DNA of 64,000 nt. Origin: Tubulanus polymorphus. Its lineage: Eukaryota > Animalia > Nemertea. The stretch's first letter is position 1, and every line of letters begins with the position of its first letter. Made by a program: the position numbers and the translations under genes. Below, one piece after another: positions 50,201-63,235 of the stretch. The notes beneath the pieces are model-generated. The model was given only the letters and a program-made list of their open reading frames with translations. It did not search any database and was not told where the DNA came from. The stretch lies in the NCBI RefSeq assembly GCF_964204645.1, contig NC_134033.1:16066655-16130654 (forward strand), written 5' to 3'.

Positions 50201-51470
50201 ATGTAGAATTAGGTAGTTTATTTCAAAAAGAGTCAAAACTGTGGAACTGCTGCTAGTATTCCTTTAATAGAGTTGCTTCCCTCGTAGAACAATATACTGC
50301 TTCTCTCGGAGAGCGTGATACAGCGTCCCTCTCATTCGCTCGATCATCCTTCAGTTTAAATTTCTATCAATGTTTCAGCGAGATTTCAACATCCGCGAAT
50401 TGCGAGATTTCAACAAAAACGTCATGAAACAAATCGGCGAGATAATCAGCGATAATCCGGACATAGCGCAGACTGCTACGATGTACTTCACGCAGGCTAA
50501 TCTACCGCCGCCGCCGGTTACCGGAGGAGTCTACAGCGCTCGGTCGTCGGCTAGTCGCAGCACGATGTCCGCTCGTAGCCAGACGAGTTCGATTGTCGGG
50601 AAATCGCCGAGCGCCGCGACGCCTGTAAACATCGCGCCGGAATTCGGTGAGTATCTTCTATTGAAAATTGGAATTATCCAAATTTCAATTTGAAACTTAG
50701 TAAATTGATAGATAGAGAATCCCACAATTATATAACCAGAAAGTTTCCTTAAATTAATCATTAGCTTAGGAAACTTTTCGGACTTCATCTTTTTCGTTAT
50801 ATCAGTATGGGATTCTCGATATATTGTCACATCACGGTTTTCATCAAATGGTTATTAGTGATTTTGATATACCGCCCACATCGGTGCAGAACGATTTCGG
50901 CGGTGTAGGGAGTATGGTGGTGTATCGGGGGGTTTTACTATGTATTTGTATAGAGACTTACATTGACAAAACCTGGCGGTAGGAGGGGGTGGTGGGCGGT
51001 ATATGGAAGGGCGGTATATCGGGGGTTGACTGTACAAATTTCGACTAGAGAATAGAAACGGCTTTAGTTGTGTAGATTATTCCAAATGACAACTTAGAAT
51101 TGGAAATTTAATCGGAACTTAAGGAATAGAGACGACTTCAGTTTTAAGAAATTTAGAAACTTAACATGTTTGATGAACCTGGGGCCAGTTTTGGGGCCTG
51201 CTGTTATCTTAAAACCGCGGGTCAACTTGATTGGAAATGAATTTAGTTAGCCGCTGGGTTAATGATAATACCTGTCTATAAAACTGACCCCTGGTTCGAT
51301 AGGTATACTTTCGATGAGGGTTCTATCGATTAAAAATTAATTTATCGTTGTTTTTTGTAGGTACGCCACCAGGTAGCGCTCCGGGTAGCGCGCGTTCTGG
51401 TCAGTCGACCGTACGATCGAGCGCGAGCAGTAAGAGTTCAGCCGGTCGTAGACGCGAGTTGATCAGATAG
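41263..51470 (+). CDS. CCDC39: Coiled-coil domain-containing protein 39 (axonemal 96-nm ruler), complete, 948 aa
   Basis: Exons 41263-41352, 41614-41733, 42331-42477, 43061-43219, 43777-43998, 44448-44639, 45073-45176, 45349-45586, 45679-45768, 46171-46335, 46826-46963, 47436-47552, 47935-48074, 48442-48677, 49220-49467, 49803-49865, 50379-50646, 51361-51470; all phases consistent. Diagnostic peptides [28 protein letters not shown] and [32 protein letters not shown] at 51531. Confidence 0.97.
42030..42220 (+). mobile_element. tRNA-derived SINE
   Basis: A box AGCTCAGTTGG and B box GTTCGAAACC with tRNA-like spacing, followed by a non-tRNA body. Confidence 0.6.
42488..42890. repeat. Intronic minisatellite (~39-bp unit, ccaggacccagttccccagaccggtatccagtac), partly inverted at its 3' end
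   Basis: Tandem copies in CCDC39 intron 3. Confidence 0.85.
43242..43653. mobile_element. Non-autonomous TIR element (cagggttcctac ... gtaagaaccct) with internal tandem repeats
   Basis: TIR-like ends; same family as 3318-3575. Confidence 0.6.
46357..46547. repeat. ~28-bp tandem repeat (cagcctgaactcctcccagaaaacatcg) x7
   Basis: Seen directly. Confidence 0.9.
48880..49140. repeat. Dispersed ~105-bp satellite-like family
   Basis: aagtgtggacgatcagtttttgaaagtgtgctg...gtgaagttctgaacacatg. Copies at 55105-55325 and, inverted, at 2078-2190 and 46550-46710. Confidence 0.75.
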
Positions 51471-52877
51471 AATTAAACCCGAATTCATCCTTTATTATTT
51501 CTTCGTTTTACACTTTGTGAAATTCCGTCCAATAAAATGTGATATATACAGTATTTGATTGCGAAATATTAATATTGAACTGGATCCTGGGGGTCTATAG
51601 AGAGGTGTATATTTTCAGCGGTTGATCCTGGGGCCGGTGTCCGTGGAGGTCAGGACATTTCCCTAGAAATTCCATCTTCAATTAATTCTGTACGGATTTT
51701 CGGAAAAAAGATCCAAATCAAGATTGAACAACTGAGAAATATCAAAATTTTGTTTTGACACTTAGCTGTTTACCAATTCTAGAAGATCTAAAATTTGTGT
51801 ATGTGAAAATGAAATTGCAGCGAAGTGGACCCCCCTTTCCTTTGACCCTGGATCCGCCTCTGATTTTGGCCAAGTGTGTAGATAGGAATAAGATACACTT
51901 TAGTATTTATTCATTACACTGGACCTGACATTCCCACATTATCAGTTCAATCATGGACTCTTCGTTTTAGAGTCCATGGTTCAATTTGACTTGAAAAATG
52001 AACTACCAGTACTGGTATGTTGATTTCCCTGCATAGTTTAAACTGCAGAGCCTAGCATGCAATGGTGCCAAAGTCTAAAAGTGATCTTAAATCTAAAAGA
52101 CTGGTGTGAAAATTTTTTTAATTGGTTATAGAACCATGTTGGAGACTGGTCTAAGTCTTGAATCTAAAGTTCTGACTGTGCAAACTTCTTCAATTTGTTT
52201 TCATTTTCAATACTGTTTATTTTACCAAATACGAATAATGTAACCGTTAATTTATTTATTCTCGAATGTTGAGTATAACAATAATTCACTTATGTACGGA
52301 TGATATTCACTGTTCATGTAAAAGCAAACAATGATTGATTTAAATAAACAGAAAATCTACCGTAACAAATGTCTTAAATATTTTATAATGAGCTACACTC
52401 TTCTCCATCTTCTCGGACCTTGAAGATTCATTCACCATTTCTAATTAAGAATTCGACCGTAGGAAGAGGACGATGGACGCGAAAAGTATCGAATTATGCA
52501 AATCGCCGTACCGATTGAATTATTCAAATGTATGCTAATTCTACTGATATTCATGATCGCCACCTATTGGAATTTCGCCGAACTAACACATTTTCGAAAT
52601 CTGTGCTAGCGCAGACCGACGCTGCACTTAAATACACATGCGCCATCTATCGAAAAAATAGTGATTAACGTGTTTAGGGTCAGAATAAACGGGAGTGTCC
52701 TAGGTTCGAACCCAGTAATCATTGACACGGATTGCGAGTGCTCCTGATGTTCTATGATGTTCTAGGATGAACAGGTGTGTCCCAGGTTCGCACCCCAGTA
52801 CAGTGGCACCGATATAGTGAGCGGTCCTGACGCTGGTATATTTTGAAAATTAGAAAAAAATTTAACATCTTATTTCA

Positions 52878-55784
52878 TCAATCTATCAGCACCATAATAT
52901 CATCCAAACACTTCCGTCTTAAATCCGGGACCGTGCAGTTTTTGGCGGGAAACCCGACCGGAAGTAGGCAGACGACTTTTTCGTTATCGGGACGATTGAG
53001 CAGAACTCTAAGAGCCGGACCAGCGTTCAGCGGGGTACTAGTCACTGTTACTAGTCCGACATTCTGAAATAGAATATAGACGGAAAGTGATCAGTAAACA
53101 ATAGTAAAAACTGCTGGGACAGTTTCACATCAGTCTCATAATCAAAATACATTTTATGTTCATTGCTATTTTCTGAAATATAAAGCCTCACTGCGATTTA
53201 CAGTATAAACAATTATGGATAAAGAACTTCTGAATTTCGTCTATCGCCGACACAGTTTTAAGAATCTTACTTGCTTAAGTCACAATAAAGTCCCTGGTTC
53301 GGGTTTTGTTAAGTGAATTAAGTTCTTTAACTTCTTTGCAATATTATAGAGTTAAAAAGCAATAGAATTGCCACATTCAGCCGCGGGAATAGATTAAATG
53401 AGATTAAAACCCCTGTATACAAATCTATAAGATCAAAACGAAATAAGGATTTGCCTACAGCGGGTTTTGATCCTATTTCCAGTTTCTCGATATCGACTCG
53501 ATTGAAATTTTTTTTATATAATACTCACCTGTGCAGCTGCTAGGAACATACCGATCGAGATCGACACGCTGATTTCGTTATAGTAGTGAGTTCTTCTCTG
53601 ACCAGAATTCGTAAAACCGTAAACCTGTTTGAAAACTATCACCAGGTACGGCGCCTCGTCCAGATACGGTTTGATCCAGTCCGTACGCAGCGGTTTCAGA
53701 TCGTTCACCCATTTCTGACCCATCCGTTTACGATAGTTCGTCTCCTCCTCGTCCTCGACGATTCGGCGAATTCTGGATTTCATTTCGGGGTCGGATACGA
53801 CGACGTAAGTCCACGGTTCGGTGTGCGCCCCGCTCGGGGATGTTCCTAAAAAACACGGTGTCGAGAAAAATCGAAAGAAGAATTTAAACACCTGACGGCC
53901 CTCGCAACGAGAGATTCAGATTGAAATGAGGATGCAATATCAGACTTTAGGTTTCATTGACTTGTTCGGGATGGTCGCAAGCAGCGAAATAAGCTTTATG
54001 GACAAAGCCGTTCTAAAACCCAGACTTAGATCAGACTGTAGGTTAGGCTATAGCTTATTGGGCTTTGGTGGTAATTTTGATTTGGTTATAACCGATCTCA
54101 TGAAATAAGAACGGTCGGCACTGGGGTACAGGGCCGCAAGACAGGTCGGTAGTCAAGTATTTTCTAGGGTTTATACAATCCTCTGAATGGAATGGAAGTT
54201 GTGGGTTCTTTGAAGAACCTTTCACTTGACAAATAACCCCTCTTTACCATGAATATCACTTTTAGGTGCCGCAAGGTTCCGTGAAGAACTCATAGGTTCT
54301 TCGAAAAATCCCAGAAGAAACGTTTGTTCTAAGAGTGTAATTTTCCCCAGAAAGACGTTATTCTTCCGATAAATATGAAAATGCTGCTTCTGAAAAAAGT
54401 GTTGTTTGCCCTGCCACGACTCGATCCTGGGTACAGGCAGTTTTCAACACCAGTGGTCTGTAGTTTCGAGCCGAGTCTCTATTCAAATTAAACGTGATAA
54501 ACGGCACCTTGCAGGTTAACTAGATTATTAGAAATACGAACTTTCGCTACTACGGCGCATAGAGTAGCTCATTAGGAACATGAGTGAACAGGTAGTATAT
54601 ACTGTGTAGGTTTACTGATTTTATAAGAAATAACGAGCTTTAGCTACTGCTGCACCGGCTGTAGTTTCACCAGGGAAATGAGAGGTAGTATAACTACACG
54701 TCTCCTCAAAAACTCTGCTCTATTCACTAAATGACAACCTTGCATAAGCGCAGTTGGTAATTATGAACGTATATGAATGTCGTGTACCTGCTGTCCTAAT
54801 GAGGTTTTCTATAACGTGTCTGGGAACGGACTCGTCGCTGAAATGTCGCACCGACCGGCGTGAATTCATCAGCTGATAAAACTGCGCCGAACGCTCGACC
54901 ATTTCCGCATCGCTGTAACGTTCTAATTCATAACGCACTTGTTCTATAACAGACGACTCTTCATCCTCATCGACATTCTCATCGTTTACTGCATCGTTCG
55001 CGGCGGTCGTCACCTGTTTATGTATCATCAAACAGTCGTTTAAATCAGCTTCTAACCCACAGCCCCAAATACAAATATGTTTATAGGTGTGCCGATAGAA
55101 TGTCTATATTTTTGAAAGTGTGCTGATAAGATACCTAATGCCTGGTGTTTGTTGTTCATTTTCAATTTAAAATGTCTCAGGGAAGTTCTGAACACATGCG
55201 AAGCGTAGTGGGCGTTCTGTTTTTGAAAGTGTGCTTCAAAATGTCTATTGTCTGATGTTTGTAGTTCATTTTTAATAAAGAATGTGTCAGGTGAAGTTCT
55301 GAACACAATGAAGTGTGGATGATCAAGAGTTGTAGGGATAAGTGATCGAATGAATGTCTTTGAACTGCATGTTGATACCGGCATTAATACATACATGTAG
55401 TATGGTGATTTCTATCAATGTTCCACTTGTACTTATTTTTTTTGTACTGAATATGATTAATACAAACGTTACATTCATTTCCTGCCGAAGGACTTGAAAA
55501 AGTTGAAGAAACAGAACGGAATCGTAGCTCGAATGTATTCGAGTGCTCGTATCCGATACGGATCGGGTATATTTTCAAGACGCTCGATTTTGTCTTACCT
55601 CTTCAACGTATCGATTTCTATCCGCCGCGCCGCCGGTGACGGTCGTCGGGTTGTTGGTTAGCCGCGTGGCGTTTAGTCGCATTATTTTATCGAGCATCAA
55701 GATAAAGACGAGACTGGCGAACACAGTCGCCGCCGTGAAAAACCAGTAATCCTCGGTTAAGATTCGGTATAATATCGACGCCAT
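52878..55784 (-). CDS. IYD: Iodotyrosine deiodinase (nitro-FMN reductase family), complete, 304 aa, with N-terminal membrane anchor
   Basis: Exons 55784-55599, 55013-54788, 53845-53529, 53063-52878, phase-consistent. Motifs [45 protein letters not shown] and [11 protein letters not shown]. Confidence 0.97.
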
Positions 55785-57021
55785 GTTTATCGTTACATCT
55801 ATACCGGCTGGTATCATATCTGATAGTACTAGTATTCATTATCAAGGTCGCATACCGATAATAAAATGGTTCTCTAGCATATATAGGTTGGCACATCTGT
55901 TCCAGAAATTGATATATTGTCCGGTGCTAAATATGTGAAAAAATTACATAGTTGACAAGTAGAAACGTATACAAAAAAGTAATATAACGCTGATGGCGAA
56001 AGGCAGCTCGGTCTTCTTGGTGTTGGTTTGTCAAAAATTTTGTCTTGAATTGGTTTAGATTATTTTCAAGAATGTCCGTTAATTTCTATGGGTGAGTGTG
56101 AAAAGTTTTGGTAATTAGAATTTGGGATACGAACTGTTCAGGTTAAGAGTTTGTAAAGATCCGACCCAAAATCAGTTCATTTTGAATAAAGACTGAAGAT
56201 AGGGCGGAGAATTCTCCCGAAAAGAAAAACAGAATTTACAGTTATCTTTTCATCGCGTTTGTGGGGTTTTTAAGAGCTTTTACGCTCCCAGTGTATCACG
56301 TCTAGTGTTTTCTTTTCGTATGAAGACCAATGTTTCATAAAATAAACAAATTGTTTAATTGAAAACAAAATCGAATCTGTCATGAAATCACGGGCTCGAT
56401 GGTCTCTAAGACTATAACGGTTCTTTTCGGCGTTCTCGAGATTTCGTGCTTCGACGTTTTTGTCAAAACTACAGAACCCACGACATTAATGGTCAACTAT
56501 CATTCGAGCACTGATTAAAACGAATGATATTCTGATGAATTTATGACAAGAAAAAACAATCGCTTCGTTGAATTCTTATTTCCTGGCCGACGTGAACAGT
56601 CGGAAAGCCTGACTCCGCGTGCGCTGTTAGAGATTTACAGTTAGACGATTAGAACAATAAACTCATTTTACTCTGCGACTCGGCGCGCATAATACCGGAC
56701 GCTGCTTTATCTACTTCCGGTACACGCAGACGGTCGCGGTGTTGAAAAACGGGAACGGAAACCGTGCGACTTACAATAAACATCGAAATTAGACTCGAAC
56801 TGACGTTGACAGCAAAAACTAAGCCGGTTGATTACGACTCGACACTGGACAACTTAGTGGCATTTTATGTACCTGATGCACGCGCGACAATAGTCGACGT
56901 TTTCTCGCTAATTTGCGGCGAAAAGCTCGTCAGAAAATGACGTGAATTGCGGATATTGCCCCGACTTCAACTAACCTGAAACGAGTGATTTTTCCGTAAC
57001 AAAAACGTAGGCTCTATGATA

Positions 57022-57186
57022 CAGTAAACCTCGCCTAAGTCGGACAAACCGGGACCGGTGGCAAAATTGGTCCGCGCGGTTCAAGCTAGCGAAGTTCGAC
57101 CGATGTCAGAAAAATGATTTCGTTTTTCTGTCAGAGTTAGTAAAAAAATCAGAGTTGGCTAAGTCCGAACTAGGCGAAGTTTATTG
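57022..57186. mobile_element. Tc1/mariner-pogo-type MITE
   Basis: TA|CAGTAAACCTCGCCTAAGTCGGAC ... GTCCGAACTAGGCGAAGTTTATTG|TA. Confidence 0.75.
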
Positions 57187-57634
57187 TATATTCTAAAAAC
57201 CAAGTCAGGAATATTCATCGGCTAAGATACACTTTGTAAATTTGAGTTTTTTTAGGGACTTCATGTGTGAAGGATTATGAACTGGGAATCTTGCAGAAAC
57301 TCGATCACGCTGAGCATTATATAGTACAGCGTTCCGTTCGTTGTTGAATGTTTCTGAAAGTTTTTGACAACTCGCGGAAGGAAATATCGCGAAATTTTAT
57401 TTGAATCACTCAAACGCTTTATTTGCGGAACGTGTTTGAAAATAGTTACGAACGCCGACCGATCAGGGATTATTGTTTATTCAATTATGATACGATTTCG
57501 ACAGGTTGAGTCGATGGTACGTATCGGGAGGTAGAAGCGGTAAATACTTGCGAATTACGGGTTTTCATGCGCGTATAAAACCGGGATAAACTTCTCTATT
57601 TTATGTCGATTTACGCAAAAATGGTTTCGAGAAA

Positions 57635-60004
57635 ATGAAATTCTTAAACAGAGTCGACGTGAAGTTTCTAATTCTGTTAATTTTCCGGCGAATTTTCTGG
57701 ATATCTCCCGTGAACGCGCAGTCGTCGCGGTTTGCCGTCTTCGTAAGCGTACAGGTGCAGCCTGGACTGGCTCTATTGCAGGTTTACGCCGACAGTCGAC
57801 TGGTCTGCGCTAAAACCTGTCTGGAAGTGGAGAACTGCGGATCCTACGTGTATCCGGCATCGGGACCGGACCCGCGAACGAATTGTCATCTATTTCTAGC
57901 TGGTCCCTCGCATCCGGACGCGTCCGTCGTTAATCATTACGTGAAGGTAAGGGAAACAATCGAAAAAGATTTTAAGACAACGCGAAAAATAGGAGGAAAT
58001 GATTAGAAATCAAAACGACAAAAAATGAATGAATGTCAAATTCTACTTTTTGTTTTTAAGATGCTGCAGTTGCTCAAAGTTGGTTAAAGATAACCGGTCG
58101 ATAAATACCATAGTTTACTCTAACCAACTTTTGAGCAACTGGCCCAGGATTTTTCTAATAGAAAGAATCACATTTGGTTTATTAGGAATAAACTCAGAAT
58201 ATAAAGATTCGCTGTTTTATTCATTATTTGATAAATTCATTTCTAAACCTTTCACCGCAAAAAGTTAGTTTAATTGACAAAATCGTGGGACTCGAACTTA
58301 TCAGTGAATCTAATGGTGAATGTCGCGAGTAGGTGTCACCCGCAAAATGGTCATTCTTCACGAAATTGTTATCGCGCAATTTCTGCGCTGAGTTCGAGTC
58401 CGCGAAATTCCAATTTGCAAAAAGCACCGAGGGAACAGGGTTAATGCGCGCATACTCTGATGAACCCTAACTAGTGATTTTTAAGTTCATTAATGATGTA
58501 AAAATTACATTTAGATTTTCTTTTCTTTCATATTTTCCAATCTAATGTTTGAAAAGACAACAATTCCAACGACAAGCACGACTGAGCCGACAACTACCAA
58601 CGAGCCGACAACAACAACGACTGTGCCGACAACAACAACTGTGCCGACAACAACTACAAATCCGACAACAACTGTGCCGACAACAACAACCGTGCCGACA
58701 ACAACAAATGTGCCGACAACAACAACTGTTCCGACAACAACTACTGTGCCGACAACTACTACTGTTCCGACAACCACAACCGTGCCGACAACAACAACTG
58801 TGCCGACAACAACAACTGTGCCGACAACAACAACTGTGCCGACAACAACTACTGTGCCGACAACAACTACTGTGCCGACAACTACCACAAATCCGACAAC
58901 CACAACTGTGCCGACAACCACAACTGTGCCGACAACTACTACTGTGCCGACAACAACGGCCCCGAAAGCAACCATGCTTTCACACTGCGGTAAGAACTAG
59001 TATTAGGTCTACGGGACGTACATTGTAAGGTTTCAATTCTCTAGTCAAATGACAAACTATTTAAACTGTTATTCCACGTTTCTGTGTGATTTTTTTTCTT
59101 ATGCCCTATATTTTGGTTTTGTGTTTATTCCGTGAGGAAAATCTTCATATTTCTTATATTTGTTCATTTATCTCGCTTTTCGTCATTCGGATCTTGATTT
59201 GAAATGAAATTGAAATTTATTTTCATTAAAATGTTAACTTATTGGATGATATTACGAATACAAGTAACGAGGAAAACATGATAACGGGGCTACATGGAGA
59301 GACTGAAACTGTCTATCTAGGCCGTATCAACCAGAAGCGTATTTCCAAAAACTATAATCCCATTGAATTGTTCATTTAAAGTCACTATACGGGACTGCAG
59401 CTTTTGAAGTAATCTGTTTTCATTTTCATCCGTAGGAACTGGCAAGGTTTATAACTTCGAGTTGCCACGAGATTCGGTGGATAGCGCGTGGTACATCGTG
59501 GTGCGGAGATTGGACGGTTCGTTGAGTTTCGATCGTACCTGGGCCGAGTACCGCGCCGGGTTCGGCGATACTTCCGGTAGCTTCTTCATCGGGAACGATA
59601 ACTTATTCGCCCTGACAGGAGAATGCCCAACTAGAATGCGTGTTGTGATCACAGATAATGGGCAGAAGAAGACATCGGATGTGTATGATTTATTCAGATT
59701 GGCAGACGAGAGCAACAATTATCAATTAACCGTTTCTATAGGTCAATCTCCGGGTACGGGTATAGGAGACGGAATGGCTGAACTGTCCGGCGTCATGTTC
59801 TCCACCAAAGACAAAGACAACGATGATGATTCCTCGAGAAACCTTGCCGCCGAACAGCAGGGCGGTTTCTGGCTCACCAAGCAGTTTAACACGAATTTGT
59901 ACGGTACAATCGGCGGTACGTGTATATGGACGAAGTCGGAGGGTTTCGGCATGACTACGGAATATAAACCAATAACTGTTGAAATTCAGATTAAGAAACT
60001 ATAA
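57635..60004 (+). CDS. Secreted PAN/apple + Thr-rich mucin stalk + fibrinogen-related domain protein, 437 aa
   Basis: Exons 57635-57946 (signal-like segment plus CAKTC.x4.CGS..C PAN pattern), 58557-58989 ((PTTTTV)n) and 59436-60004 (RRLDGSLSFDRTWAEYRAGFG, FSTKDKDND). Phases 0 and 1 are consistent. TATAAAA at 57574. Confidence 0.88.
58585..58958 (+). repeat. Coding 18-bp repeat (PTTTTV), ~20 copies
   Basis: Tandem gtgccgacaacaacaact. Confidence 0.95.
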
Positions 60005-63000
60005 GTGTCTGTCTCATTAAACACTCCGAGAAGTTGTTCGGTCGTAAACCATCATCATTGTGCGAGACATTCTAAAGAAAATTCGAATAAAAACTCAATT
60101 GTTTCTCCCTTGATATTGTGTTACAGTCGTTTCTTTCTTCGTTTCGCGAAACGGCGACTAGGCCTGGTGGCGATATAATGGAAACATTTTCAGTGAATTC
60201 TCCCCGATTCTGTTGTATGGTCGTGCGACTTATGATGACGTTGTGTTACTAACCGTGGTCTTAAGATCTTAGCCACTTTGAGCAGTAGCATTCCTTGCTT
60301 AACCTAAAAAACGCTTAGAACCGCGTTGGTTAAGTGATTCTATTTGAGACTACGAGCTTTCGCTACTAAAGTACATTGTAGCTTTGTCATAAGCAAAGTC
60401 GATGGAGAAACAACAGTATTAATAGCGAGAGTGACACTAATTGGTACAATACAGATTAAGCTGTACATATTGATTGTTTTTATGCAAATTAGATCATTGC
60501 CATTGATTGTTACGTATATATCACGTGTCAAGAAGTAAAGCGCGTTGTGATTGGCCGGAAGTGCATAAACTGCCCATACAGAACCGCCGATAAATCAAGG
60601 CAAAAGGCTTTCTCTTCATTCCACGCCACGGTTTCATATCAGCGACGCTTATTACAAGTAATATGAGCTATGTGGGCATTTTATTGCTTACAGCGGAGCT
60701 TTTATCCAATTTATGGACGATCGCCGTGTGGCGAAGAAAACCTTTAAATCACCACCGAATCACGCGTTCGTGTTGAACACGTAGTCCCGCCGAGTCTCTA
60801 GTAACTGGCTATGATAATCATCATCCAAATCGATGGCAAATAACGAATATCTAACAATTAAACAATTAACTAAACAATTAACATTATTTTTATTATAACA
60901 ATAGCAAAAATACAATATATCGTGAGATCTAGAGTTATATATATATACAATCAAATATCCATTCACGGTTTGAATTTTATATTATGCGTATTAAATGCTG
61001 TAACAAACATCGAAAAATTTTAATGCCCCTCTCGTTGAGACGCATTCACCATCTTACTCGTCGTGCCATTTTTTTAAAGTTCGTACCTACGCATACTAAA
61101 ACGTTATTACATAGCTAGAATTTAAAATCAGCCGCATTCATTCAAAGAAGTGCTATATCTACGGAAGCTTTCGAATGTATTTACGATTCAGTGAGAAATA
61201 TTTAGATTTTCTGACGAGCTCGTCGGTAAATGGGAAAAAATATTCTAACTAATAATGATTTTAATGTTATTTCATTCGTAAATAAAGAATAACAATAATA
61301 ATCATGATAAACTTATCGAGTTTCTGACGAGCTATTTCTCATATCGTCAAAAATACCTGTATTATTTTTCTTAATTTTTTCATCATGTACCCAGGACGTT
61401 TCCGTACATATCGCACTCGCGTTCAATTTATTACAATATTCTTTCGTACTGAGGATGGTATATAACATGTTTGTATTCGTAGCCACGATCGGGGTATTTA
61501 CAGAATACACAATTGAAACCGTAATAACGCGATTCTGAAATAACGCCTTTTTTCGTTTTTTCGCTGTCGCGACGCCTATATTTACGGTAATACGTGATGT
61601 AATTATGATATGTGCATAAAACGCGGGTGTGGTCGCGGCCGATCCCACACACGAGTTCGCCAGCAACATAAACAAATACATATTTAGTTTATTACCCGCC
61701 GTGTCAACCGAATTCGTTTCGCTTTGTTTAACTTGCCTATAAACATCGCTATCTCGTAATGTACGTTAATCTAAAAGTAAAACGCGTTTATGTCATTATT
61801 TTCGGAGAAATGTTCGTTTGGTTTTTGTGATTGATCGGTAGAACAGTGTCGGCTGGAAATTTGGGAAATGTTTGGAGTTTCCCCGGCGTGCCCGCGCGCG
61901 TGCCGGTCGCACGTCAAATTCTGTTTGTTTTGTAACTATGTATTTTGAGCTATTTCGTTTGTTTATGTCGACGAACGTTTGTCAATCGTATTAAGTGTCT
62001 GTTTGCGTGCCTTCAAACGGCACTCGCTTAAGCGGAATCTATTAGACAATGCAAACAGATACCGGCCGCGCCGTCAAAATACATCGAAATATATCGACGA
62101 TAACAATAAAATGGAAACTGTGTCTTCTAAACAAAATTGATAGACATGAACTAACAAACTGCCTTAGACAAATATAGATCGAACTAAAATATTTGAAGTA
62201 GACTCCATTCGAATAGGTTCTAAGTTACGTCAAATAGGTCAATTTTGAAAGCTAGAATTATGAAACTTTGATGAACGTAAACGCTTTGGTTTTGACTGGA
62301 AAATTAAGCGAAATTATCCTTTACAAAATTAAGCTTATTTTTAGTAAATAAACTCGGTAATGCGGTACCGGCACCGTTACAGTGACAAGCGAAGATTCAG
62401 TGATAATTCACCAGGATCGCTAGTGGCACTGTGGGTCACCGTGCTTCAATTTCCTTATACATTTTCATTAAATTCGAATCTAATTTCATCGAAAATGAAC
62501 TGATTTTCACAACGAACAGCCCAGTGTTTTGTTGCGCCATCTGGTGAGTGCCGGTTTCCCATTATCGGTTGCAAACAACCCGCGATTTTAAGACCAGTTG
62601 TTCATAAGTTGGTTAAAGTAAAACGGTACAAAACTGTCATAGTCATCATTACATGGTTACTGTGTTTAATTATTAACACGCTCAGTCTAACCAACATTTG
62701 ATGAGCAACTGGTTATTTTACAGTTAAGCTGCGATCACACGAGCGTTTTGGCCGTTAACACGGGTGCCAAATAGACCCGTGCCTGTTTCGCCAGACCAAA
62801 AACGTCAGACCAGGACCGGGCCCAATTCTAGCACGGAAGTAATGACAGTGTTTGCAACTGTTTCCAGAAATGACTCACTTCGTTTTGTTCTAGTATTGTT
62901 TAGTATCGAGTGAGTGGTTTACGTGTTAGCACTCTCTCTCTCGAGCCTGGTCCGTTCCAATTTGACCCGGGCCAAATCGTCTCCGTGCGATCGCGGCTTT

Positions 63001-63235
63001 AGAGACAAGTTTAGCTCCCAAGAGCTCAGAAAGTTAGTTGAAGTTAACCATTGGATAAATAACATGATAACACAAGTTTTATCGTCACAGTGTAAGGTGA
63101 GCTTTAACCAACTTTTGAGAAACACTGATGGTCAACATGGCATTTACCGATTTACGTCATATCGGCCGTCGAAGTTGGGTATTTGAACAGTCCGCCACAA
63201 AATGGCGCCTTAGAAACTAGAAACTTGTTTATTTA

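Noticed and set aside
58511-59028. Val-rich (-) and Gln/Cys-rich (+) ORFs
   Set aside because: Shadows of the (PTTTTV)n exon; only the Thr frame fits the flanking splice phases.
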